Source: a virus
Lineage: Duplodnaviria > Caudoviricetes
Virus record (IMG/VR): IMGVR_UViG_3300026274_000001
DNA length: 64,000 nt
Direction: 5' to 3' (one strand)
Made by a program: the position numbers and the translations under genes. Under the pieces are notes generated by a model. It worked only from the letters and a program-made list of their open reading frames with translations, had not been told where the DNA came from and searched no databases. Shown here piece by piece: positions 61,991 through 64,000 of the stretch. Position 1 is the stretch's first letter. The number at the start of each line of letters is the position of its first letter.

Positions 61991-62530
61991 ATGAATAAAA
62001 ATCTCACAGATTTAAGTAAGTTCCTCAGTTACGTTCTGCGTCACAAGCCAGAGTCCATTGGCCTAAAGCTTGACAGCGAAGGCTGGGCCGACATTGCAGA
62101 ATTGATGGCAAAACAGCAAGCAAATGGTCCAGTTGCCATGTTGCTGGATGACATTATGACTGTTGTGGCTGACAACGACAAAAAGCGCTTTGAAGTGAAG
62201 GATGGGAAAATTCGTGCGGTGCAAGGACATTCATCCAAACAAGTTGATCGAGAATTCAAAGCCGTAGTGCCGCCAGTGAAATTGTTTCATGGCACGGCAA
62301 CCAAGTTTGTAGACTCAATTCTCAAGCAAGGATTACAGCCACAGTCTAGACATCATGTTCACCTGTCTGCTGATATCGAAACTGCGGTAAAAGTCGGTCA
62401 GCGTCACGGTAAGGTGGTGGTATTTGAAGTTGATTCAAAGCGTATGTATGCTGATGGAATCAAGTTCTTCCAAGCTGAAAATGGCGTCTGGTTGACGGAC
62501 GTAGTACCAGCCAAGTACCTGTCACAATAA
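61991..62530 (+). CDS. kptA: RNA 2'-phosphotransferase (Tpt1/KptA)
   Basis: LSKFLSYVLRHKP, IRAVQGHS, LFHGT, RHHVHLS, SKRM..NGVWLTD.VP. Confidence 0.93.
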   Translation: MNKNLTDLSKFLSYVLRHKPESIGLKLDSEGWADIAELMAKQQANGPVAMLLDDIMTVVADNDKKRFEVKDGKIRAVQGHSSKQVDREFKAVVPPVKLFHGTATKFVDSILKQGLQPQSRHHVHLSADIETAVKVGQRHGKVVVFEVDSKRMYADGIKFFQAENGVWLTDVVPAKYLSQ

Positions 62531-62594
62531 GCTTTGCTATGACTGTAACACTCGTATAACATTACCTTACCACGTTTTACAACAACGGGAGGGG

Positions 62595-63602
62595 ATGATG
62601 AAAAAGTATGTTGCAGTCATAGCAGCACTGATGTTAGCTGGTTGTGGGGGAGGGGGCGGTGGTGATAATTCAAATACGTCAGCCGCGTCCACGCCGGCTA
62701 GTTCACCCACACCAGCATCAAGCCCAGCGGTGGTTACCGCTTCAGCACAAGGCATTTACAACACTTCAGTAGGTGCAACGGGCGCACTGACTAATATAGT
62801 ATTGCCTGATGGTTCGTTTTACATATTCAATGTCAATAATGCAGTCTTTACTGACATTGTTATTGGTGATAGTACGGTAACATCAACAACCATCAATTCC
62901 ACAAACGCGGTTGATTTTTCATTCGCAAATGCAAGCAGCACCAATGTTTTGCTTGCGGCAACTTATGTGTCGAAACAGACCCTTAATGGTTCGTTAACGA
63001 TAACGAGTCAAGTAGTACCGTTTGCTAGTGATTATAACCAAGCATACGACAACACGATCGCATTGACTCAAATAGCTGGTGCGTATACGGGGGCGAATGC
63101 AACGCTTAGCGGCCCCGTACAAAATCAGATCACGATAAAACCTGATCTTTCTTTCATAGGGGTGTCAAGTACCTGTCAGTATGCTGGACAATTAACTGCA
63201 AGTCATGGTTCACTTTATACGGTAACCATTACATTCCCTGCAGGTTGTCCGTTTGCCGGTACAGCGATAACTGGTATTGCAACATTTGATCCAACTCTCA
63301 ACCAGCTAACCATCGTTGCGTCGCCCCAAAATCGAGCCGATGTGTTTCTTGCTATAGATACCATGCCTGCAACAGCACCAAGCACCGCTCCAGGTACTTG
63401 TAGTGTGTTTGCACCGTCGTCAAGCTGTTCACCTCTAGGTACTGTTCCCGCAGCCACTACACCTGCTAGCTCAACTTCCGCTACGCCATCAAGCCCAGCA
63501 AGTGGAACGACACAAACCGGTAGTGGGACTGAGACGTGCACTAATCCGACAGGCTGCACGTCAAGTGGTAGTACGACAACGGGGGCCACGGCAGGTACGT
63601 GA
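62595..63602 (+). CDS. Ser/Thr/Gly-rich lipoprotein
   Basis: lipobox LMLAGC + GGGGGG linker; beta-rich core; low-complexity tail. Confidence 0.8.
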   Translation: MMKKYVAVIAALMLAGCGGGGGGDNSNTSAASTPASSPTPASSPAVVTASAQGIYNTSVGATGALTNIVLPDGSFYIFNVNNAVFTDIVIGDSTVTSTTINSTNAVDFSFANASSTNVLLAATYVSKQTLNGSLTITSQVVPFASDYNQAYDNTIALTQIAGAYTGANATLSGPVQNQITIKPDLSFIGVSSTCQYAGQLTASHGSLYTVTITFPAGCPFAGTAITGIATFDPTLNQLTIVASPQNRADVFLAIDTMPATAPSTAPGTCSVFAPSSSCSPLGTVPAATTPASSTSATPSSPASGTTQTGSGTETCTNPTGCTSSGSTTTGATAGT

Positions 63603-63634
63603 TATTATAAGTTGCATCAAGTAACAGTAATTTT

Positions 63635-63664
63635 AACGGGAAGCAATTGCTTCCCGTTTTTTTA
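63635..63664 (+). terminator. intrinsic terminator
   Basis: AACGGGAAGCAATTGCTTCCCGTT + T-run. Confidence 0.85.
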
Positions 63665-63746
63665 CGTAAAATTTACTTGCGTGCCATGCTAACTTTGCTA
63701 GACTAACCTGCACCAAAAACTAGATACTGCAAAGACTAGATTAGTC

Positions 63747-63971
63747 ATGGAGGACGACTTGAACGAATTTGTATTTTTTCGATATGCCGCGAGAAATTTC
63801 TGTGTTAGAACCTCTCTGGTGGGAAACAAGGATGAGTTAGATTCGTTCTTGAATGATATTCAAAATGAATATGCTAGATTGAATGTGAATTCACCTCATC
63901 ATATTATCGCTGTGGAAAGCTATCAGAAAGCCCTAGATGCTTACCGAACTGCATTGACGCGTCTTACCTAA
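63747..63971 (+). CDS. hypothetical protein
   Basis: ORF after TTGCGT-16-TAGACT. Confidence 0.6.
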   Translation: MEDDLNEFVFFRYAARNFCVRTSLVGNKDELDSFLNDIQNEYARLNVNSPHHIIAVESYQKALDAYRTALTRLT

Positions 63972-64000
63972 CTGGTAATTATACTTGACTAAAAGCCATA

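Noticed and set aside
1-64000. tRNA genes, rRNA, CRISPR array, integrase/transposase
   Set aside because: No cloverleaf with T-loop/CCA, no regularly spaced repeat-spacer array and no recombinase motifs found by eye; tRNAscan-SE/CRISPR tools should confirm.

Overview
This window looks like an accessory ('early/host-takeover') arm of a large lytic dsDNA phage genome. It holds ~140 short, mostly + strand genes and no structural or replication genes, tRNAs or CRISPR arrays that I could find by eye. A glycine-zipper protein and a GGGGG-lipoprotein resemble Burkholderiaceae proteins, so a betaproteobacterial host is a weak inference. Recognisable genes are a protein kinase, an NAD-dependent sugar epimerase, a Nudix hydrolase, an NAD salvage pair (NadM-Nudix + NAMPT), an aspartyl-tRNA synthetase, two ATP-grasp proteins, a DksA/TraR zinc finger, a GatB/YqeY-domain protein, two Lar-like proteins, a DUF2828/Ro60-like vWA protein and Tpt1/KptA. 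The most striking non-coding structures are four. (1) A complete ribosome-mediated transcription attenuator precedes the phage AspRS, with an Asp/Asn-rich leader peptide (MFLLNDDNRDNM...) and mutually exclusive 1:2, 2:3 and 3:4 helices. (2) A covarying hairpin with an invariant GATAGAC loop sits in the 5' UTRs of four genes of the NAD-salvage locus. (3) More than 30 sigma70-like promoters share a fixed TCATTT-N19-A(A/T)(A/G)TGA architecture, palindromes centred on the -10 element and a predicted +1 AUG. All family assignments come from motif recognition by eye, not database searches.
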